From positions 929 through 64,928 of the forward strand of contig JAAYAJ010000002.1 of NCBI GenBank assembly GCA_012719455.1: a stretch of DNA of 64,000 nucleotides. The letters run 5' to 3'. Each line of letters begins with the position of its first letter. The first letter of the stretch is position 1. Shown here in pieces: positions 1 to 9,298 of the stretch. The notes below the pieces were generated by a model. The model saw nothing but the letters and a program-made list of their open reading frames with translations. It did not search any database and was not told the origin of the DNA. This DNA is from Acidobacteriota bacterium (GTDB taxonomy: Bacteria > Acidobacteriota > UBA6911). Position numbers and translations under genes: made by a program.

Positions 1-517
1 TCGTGAGATCGACCTTGCCTCCGCGCAACCGTACACGGTCACTGAACCAGGCATGTTCATACCATATCTCGGTGAGCCTGACGCTTTGATCGTCATCCGC
101 GTCATCGTTGAAGCCTGAAAGGGTCGGGATGTCGCCGTCGATACCATCGCCCGCCCCGGCCTCGAACAGCGTGTAGAATTTGCCGTGCTTTGCAACCGGC
201 AAGGTCAATTCCAAATCGAACGACATGGAGCCATCGGTTACGTCACCCCCGGGGCCCAGGAGCTCCTCGGCCCCGGGGGAACCCTGGAGCACACCGGTCG
301 CTCCAAGTGCGATTTCGATCTTTTCGTACCATCGCTTTTCTTCTTCGGCTTTTGAAGCGTGCGCAGCCCGTTGTTCGACGGCCTTATCCATGCTTTCATT
401 ATCGGTTTTAACGGCGGCCGTTTCTGGCCGCGTTACGCCGTGCTCCTGGCCAAACACCGAGCCGGCGACAAGCAGGGTCACCAATCCGCCCGTCACCAAC
501 CTTCCGACTAGGTTCAT
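1..517 (-). CDS. Secreted outer-membrane porin-like protein (OprB/carbohydrate-porin-like). N-terminal part only; the gene runs off the window start.
   Basis: Reverse-strand translation from ATG at 517-515 gives MNLVGRLVTGGLVTLLVAGSVFGQEH, a signal peptide. It continues ...FYTLFEAGAGDGIDG...SVRLTEIWYEHAWF..., which resembles porin N-termini. The + strand ORF 180..545 has no recognisable content. Confidence 0.4.
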   Translation of the reverse strand, partial: MNLVGRLVTGGLVTLLVAGSVFGQEHGVTRPETAAVKTDNESMDKAVEQRAAHASKAEEEKRWYEKIEIALGATGVLQGSPGAEELLGPGGDVTDGSMSFDLELTLPVAKHGKFYTLFEAGAGDGIDGDIPTLSGFNDDADDDQSVRLTEIWYEHAWFSDRVRLRGGKVDLT

Positions 518-544
518 CTCTTCATTCTCCTTCCAGTTTTTGTG

Positions 545-600
545 ACCAAAAAAAAAGGGCGTAACGAGTCCGGCATCACATGCCGACCTCGTCACGCCCT
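545..600 (-). terminator. Rho-independent terminator for the minus-strand feo operon.
   Basis: Imperfect inverted repeat GGGCGTAACGAG (557-568) / CTCGTCACGCCC (588-599) with a nested GGCAT/ATGCC mini-hairpin. An A-run at 548-556 on + gives a U-run after the stem on the minus transcript. It lies between the feo operon end (654) and the porin gene start (517). Confidence 0.55.
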
Positions 601-653
601 CACTTCCCGACTCCCAGCGCCGGGCCGTAGGACCTATGTTTTCACCTTCAGGG

Positions 654-920
654 TCAGGCGGTTTCCGCCAAGACCCCTATCAACTTCTTCCTCAACTCCT
701 CCAGTTGCCTGGACTTGAAGGCCCTTTTTGACTCCTCCAGCACCTGGATGGTTTCAAGCAGCGTTTCCTTAAGCTTCCGCTTGTGGGGACACGACGAAAC
801 ACACCGGCGCAGGACAGGCGCATCGCCCCCTCCCTTCAGGTAATTCAGAAGGCAGCCGTGATCCTTAAGTATCACGTGGATGTCTTCGAGATTCTTAGTC
901 AACAATTCGTAAGCCGTCAT
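654..920 (-). CDS. Small Cys-containing hypothetical protein (88 aa), last gene of the feo operon. Possibly a FeoC-like accessory protein.
   Basis: MTAYELLTKNLEDIHVILKDHGCLLNYLKGGGDAPVLRRCVSSCPHK... Its ATG overlaps the stop of the upstream Cys-rich gene (ATGA). It is a sub-part of listed ORF 654..1436. Confidence 0.4.
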   Translation of the reverse strand: MTAYELLTKNLEDIHVILKDHGCLLNYLKGGGDAPVLRRCVSSCPHKRKLKETLLETIQVLEESKRAFKSRQLEELRKKLIGVLAETA

Positions 921-1092
921 TTGTCGGCATCCCGTCCTTGATAAGCCCCGGGGAAATCCTTGTAGGCGCAACCCCGGCAGTTGACGCCGCATCCGCACCC
1001 GTCGTTCTTGCCCGGCATGGTCCGGTAGAACGATCTTCCCGCCATGAGTGCAACGGTGGCTACAATTACAACGACAATGATGTTCTCCAGCA
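917..1092 (-). CDS. FeoB-associated Cys-rich small membrane protein (58 aa).
   Basis: Reverse translation MLENIIVVVIVATVALMAGRSFYRTMPGKNDGCGCGVNCRGCAYKDFPGAYQGRDADK gives one TM helix plus a CGCGxxCxGC motif. It starts 11 nt after the feoB stop. Confidence 0.55.
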
Positions 1093-1102
1093 TGCAAGCC
1101 TC

Positions 1103-3316
1103 CTATCCAATCCCGATGCCAAGCAGCCTGCCCGCCTGGTAGACGAACACGGTCACCACATAAGCCAGAAGAGTGAGCCCCCCGAGCTGGAACAACGCCC
1201 ACCGCCACGAGTTGCTTTCCCGCCTTGTCACGGCGATGGTTGCCATGCACGGCGCGCTGATGAGGCAGAAGAGCATGATGCAGAAACCGACCAATGGGGA
1301 ATACGTGTTCTTGAGCTTGTCCCTGAGCGTTTCGGATTCCTCGTCCGCCTCGCCCACGGAGTAGACGATCCCCATTTGCGCCACGAAGACTTCCTTGGCG
1401 GCAAAGGCGCCGATGAGCGCGGTGCCGATCTTCCAATCGAACCCCATGGGTTTCAGGACGGGCTCCATCGCGTGGCCGATGCGTCCCGCGAGGCTGTGAA
1501 CGAGCTTCGCTTCAGCTTCTTCGTTGTCGACGACGGCCAAGCGTTCGTCCTTTTCATCCTGCCCCGCGTTTTCCGTTTCAATGGCCTGCCTCGCCGTCTC
1601 GAACCTTGCGGCTTCTTCTTTAGACAGGCCCGGGAACACCATCATGGCCCATAAAAGAATGGAAATACCGAGGATGATGGTCCCGGCCTTTTTTAGGTAC
1701 AGCCAGCCACGCTCCCACATGTGGATGAGCACGCCCTTCATTGTCGGCATCCGATACGGAGGCAGTTCCATCAAAAACGGCACCGATTCACCCTTGAGGA
1801 TTGTGCTGCGAAGCAGCTTGGCGCTCGCGACGGCAAGGAGAATGCCGATTACATAGATAATCCAAAGCATGGATGCATGCCATGCCTGCGGGAAGAACGC
1901 TGGAATAATGAGTGCGTAAATCGGCAGCCTGGCGCCGCAACTCATGAGGGGGGTCACAAGCATCGTCGTCAGCCTGTCCCGCCGGTTTTCCAGTGTGCGG
2001 GTGGCCATGATCGCCGGAACGGAGCAACCGAACCCGATAAGCATCGGGATAAAGCTTTTGCCGTGTAATCCGATCTTGTGCATCAAGCGATCCATGATGA
2101 AGGCCGCCCGGGCCATGTAGCCGGAATCCTCGAGAATCGCTATGGCCAAAAACAACAGCAGAATGTTCGGCAGGAACACGACCACACCGCCGACACCACC
2201 GATAATGCCATCCACCAGGAGGGATTTCAGGAGGCTTTCCGTCCCTTCCGGCCACCAGCCTTCAACCACCCCGCCCAACCATCCAAAGGCTCCTTCAATC
2301 CATTCCATGGGCGGAATTCCCAGGGTGAAAGTCAGGTGGAAGACGAGGTACATCAGGACGAGAAACAGCGGGATGCCGAGAACGCGGTTGGTGACTACGG
2401 AGTCTATCCTGTCCGAAATCGTATGGCGAATCTCTATGGTGGAACGTACCGCTTCCTGGCAAGCACCGGAGATGAATCCATACCTTGCCCCGGCGATAGC
2501 GGTTTCAGCGGATTCGCCGAGTACCTTCTCGATGTGCGCGGCGCTTTTCTCGATCTGCTCGTTGACTTCGGAGGATGCGATCGTTGCCCGCAACTCCTTG
2601 TCGTTCTCAAGAAGTTTCACGGCCAGCCACCGAGCATCGTAATTGCCCGCGACCGTACTGTCCGCCCGGATGATGGACTCTATTTTGGCTATTTCATCCT
2701 CGACTTCCCGTCCATAGTTGATCGCCGGCACCTTGTGGTAGGATTTTTGAATGCCAGTTTTGGAGGAAAGATCGTCGGTTGATGCCTTTTCAAGGTTTTG
2801 GTCCGCCTTCAGCGCGCCCTCGTTCGCCGTTAAGACGATTGCGTCGAGAAGTTCTTTCATTCCCTTACCCTTATTGCCGACGGTCTCCACGATGCGTGCC
2901 CCGAAGAACCTTGAGAGTTTTTCGGTGTCGAACTCGTACCCGCGCGCCCTGGCCATATCACTCATGTTAAAGGCCAGCACGAGCGGTACGCCGAGTTCCA
3001 TGAATTGAACCGCGAGATAAAGGTTTCTCTCAAGGTTCGAGGCATCAACGATGTCGACGACCACGTCCGGCTTTTCATCGATGATGACGTTCCTGGCCAC
3101 CACTTCCTCCGCCGAGTAGGCGGTCAAGCTGTATGTTCCGGGCAAGTCAACGATCTGAAGTTCCGTGTCGCCGTGCCTGCGGAACCCCTCCTTGCGTTCC
3201 ACGGTCACACCGGGGTAATTGCCCACGTGCTGGCGGGCCCCGGTTAATTCATTGAATATGGTTGTTTTCCCGGAATTCGGGTTACCCGCGAGGGCGACCA
3301 CTACCTTGGGCTTCAT
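1103..3316 (-). CDS. feoB: Ferrous iron transporter FeoB (N-terminal GTPase plus membrane permease).
   Basis: MKPKVVVALAGNPNSGKTTIFNELTG G1 motif, DLPGTYSL, and a long polytopic C-terminal domain. 737 aa. Confidence 0.95.
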   Translation of the reverse strand: MKPKVVVALAGNPNSGKTTIFNELTGARQHVGNYPGVTVERKEGFRRHGDTELQIVDLPGTYSLTAYSAEEVVARNVIIDEKPDVVVDIVDASNLERNLYLAVQFMELGVPLVLAFNMSDMARARGYEFDTEKLSRFFGARIVETVGNKGKGMKELLDAIVLTANEGALKADQNLEKASTDDLSSKTGIQKSYHKVPAINYGREVEDEIAKIESIIRADSTVAGNYDARWLAVKLLENDKELRATIASSEVNEQIEKSAAHIEKVLGESAETAIAGARYGFISGACQEAVRSTIEIRHTISDRIDSVVTNRVLGIPLFLVLMYLVFHLTFTLGIPPMEWIEGAFGWLGGVVEGWWPEGTESLLKSLLVDGIIGGVGGVVVFLPNILLLFLAIAILEDSGYMARAAFIMDRLMHKIGLHGKSFIPMLIGFGCSVPAIMATRTLENRRDRLTTMLVTPLMSCGARLPIYALIIPAFFPQAWHASMLWIIYVIGILLAVASAKLLRSTILKGESVPFLMELPPYRMPTMKGVLIHMWERGWLYLKKAGTIILGISILLWAMMVFPGLSKEEAARFETARQAIETENAGQDEKDERLAVVDNEEAEAKLVHSLAGRIGHAMEPVLKPMGFDWKIGTALIGAFAAKEVFVAQMGIVYSVGEADEESETLRDKLKNTYSPLVGFCIMLFCLISAPCMATIAVTRRESNSWRWALFQLGGLTLLAYVVTVFVYQAGRLLGIGIG

Positions 3317-3410
3317 GTGTCCTCCTGCTCCATCCTCGATGGAATCCCACAGATATTTTTGGATTGCCTTACTTTTTTAGTCTTGCCGAAACTTTGCCGC
3401 AAAAAAAAAT

Positions 3411-3659
3411 TTATTCCACAATGATCCTCTGGGCCATGCCCCGACCCAACACTATCCGGCTGCCCTTTACAGCTATAATAAACGGTCCATGGAGGGAGTT
3501 CCGAAGCACTTCGATCTCCACGCCCGGCACCAGCCCCATCGAGGCCAACCTGCCCTGGAACCCATGCCCCGCATTCACGGCGACAAATCGTACTCGCCTA
3601 CCCGCTTGTACAATTGTTAACGGCATTGCATAAACCTCGTTACCGGACTTGATTGCCAT
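3411..3659 (-). CDS. feoA: FeoA (SH3-like ferrous iron transport protein A).
   Basis: 82-aa ORF ...LASMGLVPGVEIEVLRNSLHGPFIIAVKGSRIVLGRGMA..., typical of FeoA. It starts directly at the upstream stop codon. Confidence 0.8.
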   Translation of the reverse strand: MAIKSGNEVYAMPLTIVQAGRRVRFVAVNAGHGFQGRLASMGLVPGVEIEVLRNSLHGPFIIAVKGSRIVLGRGMAQRIIVE

Positions 3660-4418
3660 CTACAACACTTCGATCTCGATCCCATCGGCCTCGTCTTTCC
3701 GCATGGAGAGATGATAGCCTTTCACCTTGATATCTATGGGGTCTCCCAGGGGAGCCACTCGCTTCACCTCAACGACGGCCCCCGGCGTGACGCCCATCTC
3801 GACCATCCTTTTATTTGCTCCTTCCCGGGCATTGACTTTCAGCACTTTGCCTCTTTGCCCCGGTTTCAAATCCTTCAACTTCACTGCTGTCATCGCTTTC
3901 GGACCTCCTTGCCGTCTCCTTCGCTTCACGTCTTCAAGAGTCGCCGAAATGCATCTTTCGCAATTCTCCCGAGTGTCATCATGATCACAGTGGTAACCGA
4001 AACCCGCAATCCACTTGGATCCTCCACGCGGGCAAACCTCGATGAATTCGGCGAATTGGATGAACCGCTCCAGGATAATCTTGGGAATGGAGTGCTCCAT
4101 TTGACAGGCGGCCTTATCGGCGTCACACTCGTCCACCGCAAGAACCTTGACGAAGAAATCACTGAGAACCTCGTGGCGACGGACCACATCCTTGGCGGCA
4201 ACCGTCCCGGCGGGTGTCAGGGAAATCACGTCGTAAGGGGCGTAGTTGATTAGTTCCCTATCGGCAAGTGAGCGAAGCGCGCCTGTCACCGACGAGCTGC
4301 TGACCTTCAGCCGCGTTGCAATATCCTTTGGCCTCACCGCCTGTTTCTCCGCGATGATGTGAAAGATCGCCTCGAGATAATCTTCCAGGCTCGCTGTTAA
4401 CGTTTCAGCCGCTGTCAT
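3660..4418 (-). CDS. DtxR/IdeR-family metal-dependent transcriptional regulator fused to a C-terminal FeoA domain.
   Basis: N-terminal LEDYLEAIFHI...SSSVTGALRSLADRELI matches a DtxR HTH. A Cys-rich insert follows (CPRGGSKWIAGFGYHCDHDDTRENCERC), then a C-terminal FeoA-like KLKDLKPGQRGKVLKV...VKGYHLSMR domain. Confidence 0.8.
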   Translation of the reverse strand: MTAAETLTASLEDYLEAIFHIIAEKQAVRPKDIATRLKVSSSSVTGALRSLADRELINYAPYDVISLTPAGTVAAKDVVRRHEVLSDFFVKVLAVDECDADKAACQMEHSIPKIILERFIQFAEFIEVCPRGGSKWIAGFGYHCDHDDTRENCERCISATLEDVKRRRRQGGPKAMTAVKLKDLKPGQRGKVLKVNAREGANKRMVEMGVTPGAVVEVKRVAPLGDPIDIKVKGYHLSMRKDEADGIEIEVL

Positions 4419-5060
4419 TTTTCACCCCTCAGCCCATTTAGTTTCATCATGCCAAACTTTTTACGGCGTGCCGAAACTTATGTCAAGCATTTTTTCCCGC
4501 CGTCAAATTCCCAATCCGACACCTCCAGGCGGGCGATCAATTATCGCTTGGCGGAAAAAGAACATGCCGTATCGCTTGCGGCGGCCGGGCCCGTCTTCGA
4601 CGCAAGCCCGACGGGCGATGAACCCATCCAGGATTTCGAGGGCTCATGATCGATGAGGGGACCATGGCACGCTTACGTTTGTCGGAAACGACGCCATCAC
4701 GCCAGAACACCCGATTGGTTTCCAGCCGCAGCGCCCCTCGCCCCGGCTTCTTTTGGCCTTCCAACGCCATTTGAGAGCGGCCCCGGCATCGGGGAACCAG
4801 GCCGTTGATGCAATGCCGTACGATATTCGGCAATGGCTTCATCCAGCCTGCCTTTAAAACCAAGCGCGGCGCCCAGGTCGACGAGAGCGCCCGCCGATGT
4901 CAACCAGGCCCTGGCGGCCCCGGCCGGCGCAGCCCGCGAGAAACTCATATTCAACACAACCCTTTTTCTGCTATTTTGGTGTTTCTCGACAAACAGGCGG
5001 CCGTCCCGCAGATCGCCCCGGGCGTTTATAATCACGAATTTTGGGAGAGCGACGAAACCG

Positions 5061-6236
5061 ATGAAGATCATCCACAGCGCCGACTGGCAGGTCGGCAAGC
5101 CGTTTGCGGGGATCGAGGACGATTACAAGCGCGCGCTCGTGCAGAGGGCGCGCATCGAGGCCGTCGACCGGATCGCGGAGGTCGCGCGGGAAGAAGGCGC
5201 CGGGGTGGTGCTCGTCGCCGGGGATCTTTTCGATTCGCCGAGCGCGGACAAGTCCACGGTCGCCGAGGCGGCGAGCGCCATCGGCCGGATCGGGGTGCCC
5301 GTGGTGGCGATCCCGGGCAACCACGACCATGGCGGGCCGGGGAGCGTGTGGGAGCAGGATTTCTTCCGGCGCGAGAGCGCCCGCCTCGCCCCGAACCTGA
5401 CGATCCTGCTTGACACCGAGCCGTTCGAACTCGACGAGGTTGTGTTGTTTCCCTGTCCCCTGCTCCGCCGGCTGGAGGCCGGGGACCGGACCGAATGGCT
5501 GCGTGACCCGGCGGTGTTTCAGAATTTCCCCCCCTCCAAGGCCCGCGTCGTTTTGGCCCACGGCAGCGTCCACGGCTTCACGGGGGGCGGGGACGACGAG
5601 GAGGAGGACGGGATGGAACCGAACCGCGTGGACCTTGCGCTCCTCCCGATGGACGAGATCGACTACGTCGCCCTGGGGGACTGGCACGGGGCGAAGCAGG
5701 TGGGACCCAAGGCTTGGTATTCCGGGACCCCCGAGAGCGACCGGTTCCAGAAGGGGGAGGAGCAGAAACCGGGCCATATCCTGCTGGTGGAGCCGCGGCG
5801 CGGGGAGCAGCCCGAAGTGCGGATGATCCCCACCGGCCGGCTGCGGTGGTCGGAGGCCTCGTTCGAGTTCGCCGACGACGCCGGCGTGGATCACTGCGCG
5901 GGTCGGCTTGACGAATTGCTGGGCCGGCGGTCCAACGAGGACCTGCTCCGCCTCTCCCTCGGCGGGAGTCTCGGCATCGAGGCCTCGAGCCGGCTCGAGA
6001 CGCTCCTCGATTCGCTCCGGGCCCGGCTGTTGCGGCTCAAAATAGACGACCACACCACCATCGCCCCCACCGACCGGGAAGTGGAGGCTCTCACCATGCA
6101 GGCGGGCGATCCCCTCATCGCCACCGTGGCGCGCCGCCTGGCGGCCATGGCCCGCTCCGCCGGCGACGAAGCGGAGGTCGCGGCCGTGGCGCTGCGCGAA
6201 CTGCACGCCGCCTGCCGGCGGGAGGGGGAGGCATGA
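5061..6236 (+). CDS. sbcD: SbcD/Mre11-family DNA-repair nuclease subunit.
   Basis: MKIIHSADWQVGKPF...VVLVAGDLFD...IPGNHDHGG...LAHGSVHG are calcineurin-like phosphoesterase motifs. Start chosen at internal M77 of ORF 4833..6236. Confidence 0.85.
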   Translation: MKIIHSADWQVGKPFAGIEDDYKRALVQRARIEAVDRIAEVAREEGAGVVLVAGDLFDSPSADKSTVAEAASAIGRIGVPVVAIPGNHDHGGPGSVWEQDFFRRESARLAPNLTILLDTEPFELDEVVLFPCPLLRRLEAGDRTEWLRDPAVFQNFPPSKARVVLAHGSVHGFTGGGDDEEEDGMEPNRVDLALLPMDEIDYVALGDWHGAKQVGPKAWYSGTPESDRFQKGEEQKPGHILLVEPRRGEQPEVRMIPTGRLRWSEASFEFADDAGVDHCAGRLDELLGRRSNEDLLRLSLGGSLGIEASSRLETLLDSLRARLLRLKIDDHTTIAPTDREVEALTMQAGDPLIATVARRLAAMARSAGDEAEVAAVALRELHAACRREGEA

Positions 6237-9235
6237 AACTTCTGTCGGCGACGGTGCGCAACTACCGCATTCACCGGGAGACCCGGGTGGACTTCGATTC
6301 AGCGCTCACCCTGATCGCGGGGCCGAACGAGTCGGGCAAAAGCACATTCATCGAGGCCGTCCACCGGGGACTCTTTCTCAAGTCCAGGATCACCGGCGAT
6401 GGGCGGCAGGGGATGGTCTCGAACCTGTACCCCGGCCACCCGGAAGTCGAGATCGCCTTCATCGCCGGCAAGAACGAATACCGGCTGTTGAAACGTTTCA
6501 GCGGGGCGGGGGGAACGACGACGCTCACCTCGGCCGAGGGCGCCTCGTGGCATGGGGACGAGGCCGAATCGATCCTCAACGCGCTTTTGCAGGTGGAGGA
6601 GGTGGGGGGCGGGCGCAACCTCGCCGACCGGACCCTGCAGCAATGGGCCCATCTCTGGGTGTGGCAGGGCAAGAGCGGGCAGGACCCTGCGCCCGACACG
6701 GCGTCGGAACAAAATGCGCTCCTCGAGCGGCTGCAGCAGGAAGGGGGCGCCGTCGCCCTGCAGTCCCCGCGCGACGCGGAGGTGGCCGGCCGCTTCGCCG
6801 AACGCTCCGCCGCCCTCTTCACGAGCGCCGGGAAACCGAAGGCGGGGTCCGAACTGCAACAGGCCGAGGCCCGGCTCCAGGACGCCGAGACCAAGAGGCG
6901 GAATGCGGCCGAGAGGCGGCAACGGTTGCTCGACGCCGCTACCGGTTTCGAGCAGGCCGAGGAGACGGTCCGGCGCACCACGGATGACCTGGACGCACTC
7001 GACGCCGAGCTCCGGAAAGTCACGGAACAACTGGCCGCGGCGCAGGCCTTCAAGGCGCGGGAGGAACAGCAGGCGCTTGCCTCCGCCCGGACGGAGGAGA
7101 AGCTTGCCGACTTCCGGAAGGCTGACGGGCAGATCCGCAACCTCCGCCGGGAGATCGCCACCCTGGAAGAGGCGCTTGCCCCCGGGCGGGAAGAGACCAA
7201 ACTGGCCCGCACCCGGAGGGAGGAGCGGCAGGCACAGGCGCAGCTTGCGGCCCGGGCCCACGAGGAGGCCGCCGAACGGGCGCGCCGCGTCCGCCGGCGG
7301 CGCGAACTGGCCCGCGCCCGGGTGGAAAGCTTCGACCGCGAGTCCCGGTGCCGGGAACTGGCCGGGCGGCTGGAGGACGCTCAAAAGATCCGGGACTCCA
7401 TCCGCGCCCTGCGCGACGAACTGGCGCCGTTGCCCCCGGTGGACGCGGACTCCCTGGGTCGCCTGCGCCGGCTCCAGTCGCGCGCGGACCAAGCCGCGGC
7501 CGCCCTCGAAGCCATGGCCGCCGGCATCGAGGTGGTCGCATCCGGCCGGCCGGTGCGGATCGGGGACCGCGAGGCGGCGCCGGGGAGCGCGCACAGGGTG
7601 ACGGAGGCGGTCGATATCTTCGTAGGGGATGATGTTCACCTGCGCGTCCGGCCGGGCGGCGGCAACAGTCTCGCCGAAGCCCGGGCTGCCCTCCGGGCGG
7701 CGGGCGACGCGCTCCGGGAGGCGCTCGACCGGCTCGGGGTGGATTCACTCGCCGGGGCGGCGGAGATCGCAAACATGCGCGCGAACCTCGAATCGGGGCT
7801 CGAACGGGAGGAGTCCAGGCTCGGGGATCTTGACGACGGCAGCCTCGAAGGGGCCCTGGCCGAAGCCCGGGAAGCCCTGGCCGCCGCCAAAGGCGAGGCG
7901 GAGCGCCGCTCGCAGCTGGTCCCCGACGCCCCGGAACCTTCCAACCGGGAGGAGGCGGAGGCCTGGCGCCGGGCGGAGGAGCAGGCGCTCGAACAGGCCG
8001 ACGAGGAGGAGACCGCCAAGAAGGCCGCCGGGCAGGCCGCACAAGCGGATTTCGATGAGGCCGAAAAGGCCCTGGTGCAAATCGCCGCCGCCATCGGCGC
8101 GCAGGAGGCGCGCCTCGACGAGCTGCAGGCCCAGGCGCGCCTCCTCCTCGCAAACCACGGCGAGGACCAATTGCGCCTGGAGGCCTTGCGCGCGGCCGAG
8201 GAAGAGACCGCGGAGGCCCGTACGGCGCTCGAACAGACCCGGGCGCAGCTGGAGCAACTGCAGCCCGACCAGCTGCAACGGGACCGGGTGCGGCTCGAAA
8301 GGGCCATCCAGGCCCAGGAGGAGCAGCGCCAGCAGGCGCGCGAGCGGCGCGCCGCCAGTCGCGCCGCGCTCACCCTCGACGGCAGCGACGACCCCCGGGC
8401 GGAACTCACCCGGGCCCGGGTGCGCGAGCGGACGGCCCGGGAATACCACGAAAGCGTCCGCCGCCGGGCGGAAGCCGTGCGGCTCCTCGGGCGGCTCTTC
8501 GAGGAGGAACGGCGCGTCCTGGCCGACCGGTTCACCCAGCCGCTGGCGGAGCGGATATCGGACTACCTCGTGGGGGTCTTCGGCCCCGGCGCCCGGGCCG
8601 AGGTCACTTTCGACGGCACCGTTTTCAAAGGTATCCGCCTGGTCCGGTCCGGGGCGGCCTTCCCCTTCGACGCCCTGAGCGGCGGCACGCGCGAGCAGCT
8701 GGCTGCGGCGGTGCGGCTGGCCACGGCCGAACTGCTGGCTGAGAACCATGGCGGCTCGTTGCCCGTGATCTTCGACGACTCCTTCGCCTTTTCCGACCCG
8801 GACCGGGTGCGCGACCTGCAGCGCATGCTGGATCTTGGCGCCGCGCGCGGGCTGCAGGTCATCGTGCTGACGTGCACCCCCTCGGACTACGCCCCCCTCG
8901 GCGCCCGGCAGGTCCTCCTGTCCCCTGCCCCGACGCGGGCCGGCATGAATGACATGGCGTCAGCCGGCGACTCCGCGGAGGAGGCTCCTTCGGCCGGGGA
9001 AACCGCAGAGGCTCCGGAAACAACGGCGGAAACAATAATGGAAACAACAGAAGCAGACTGCAAAGCGTTCCTTGCCGCCCTGCAGGAACCGGGCGGGAAA
9101 TCGGGTAACCAGGCGCTCCGTAAACACCTGGGCTGGACCGAAGAGCGTTACGCCGCGACCCGGGCCCGCCTCATCGGAGAGGGGCGCATCCTCCCCGGAA
9201 GAGGAAGGGGCGGGAGCGTGATGCTGCCGACGTAG
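6233..9235 (+). CDS. sbcC: SbcC/Rad50-like AAA ATPase with coiled coil and a C-terminal winged-helix-like extension.
   Basis: Walker A LIAGPNESGKSTFIEAV. Long Ala/Glu/Arg-rich coiled coil. C-terminal signature/Walker B LSGGTREQLAAAVRLA...VIFDDSFAFSD. ATGA overlap with sbcD. Confidence 0.8.
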   Translation: MKLLSATVRNYRIHRETRVDFDSALTLIAGPNESGKSTFIEAVHRGLFLKSRITGDGRQGMVSNLYPGHPEVEIAFIAGKNEYRLLKRFSGAGGTTTLTSAEGASWHGDEAESILNALLQVEEVGGGRNLADRTLQQWAHLWVWQGKSGQDPAPDTASEQNALLERLQQEGGAVALQSPRDAEVAGRFAERSAALFTSAGKPKAGSELQQAEARLQDAETKRRNAAERRQRLLDAATGFEQAEETVRRTTDDLDALDAELRKVTEQLAAAQAFKAREEQQALASARTEEKLADFRKADGQIRNLRREIATLEEALAPGREETKLARTRREERQAQAQLAARAHEEAAERARRVRRRRELARARVESFDRESRCRELAGRLEDAQKIRDSIRALRDELAPLPPVDADSLGRLRRLQSRADQAAAALEAMAAGIEVVASGRPVRIGDREAAPGSAHRVTEAVDIFVGDDVHLRVRPGGGNSLAEARAALRAAGDALREALDRLGVDSLAGAAEIANMRANLESGLEREESRLGDLDDGSLEGALAEAREALAAAKGEAERRSQLVPDAPEPSNREEAEAWRRAEEQALEQADEEETAKKAAGQAAQADFDEAEKALVQIAAAIGAQEARLDELQAQARLLLANHGEDQLRLEALRAAEEETAEARTALEQTRAQLEQLQPDQLQRDRVRLERAIQAQEEQRQQARERRAASRAALTLDGSDDPRAELTRARVRERTAREYHESVRRRAEAVRLLGRLFEEERRVLADRFTQPLAERISDYLVGVFGPGARAEVTFDGTVFKGIRLVRSGAAFPFDALSGGTREQLAAAVRLATAELLAENHGGSLPVIFDDSFAFSDPDRVRDLQRMLDLGAARGLQVIVLTCTPSDYAPLGARQVLLSPAPTRAGMNDMASAGDSAEEAPSAGETAEAPETTAETIMETTEADCKAFLAALQEPGGKSGNQALRKHLGWTEERYAATRARLIGEGRILPGRGRGGSVMLPT

Positions 9236-9298
9236 CACCGGCGCCCAATGAACGGGCGCAACATGATCCAGCCGGACGGAAGAAAGAGGAGAAGAGAA

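Noticed and set aside
180-545. ORF 180..545 (+) and ORF 190..411 (+) at the window start.
   Set aside because: The translation is low-complexity Ser/Pro-rich. The opposite strand encodes a convincing signal peptide plus a porin-like N-terminus, so the minus-strand gene was preferred.
4697-5098. Minus-strand ORF with a TPR-like fragment (…GRLDEAIAEYRTAL…) between the DtxR gene and sbcD.
   Set aside because: It is short, overlaps the sbcD start, and has no RBS or recognisable complete domain. It may be a gene remnant, and I cannot support it as a feature.
6299-8749. Long ORFs on the strand opposite sbcC (6299..7639, 7050..8153, 7636..8535 and 7745..8749 on -; 6552..7601 and 7629..8678 on +) with Arg/Pro/Gly/Ala-rich translations.
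   Set aside because: Typical high-GC antisense or out-of-frame artefacts. They have low-complexity composition and no recognisable motifs, and they overlap a well-supported ATPase gene.
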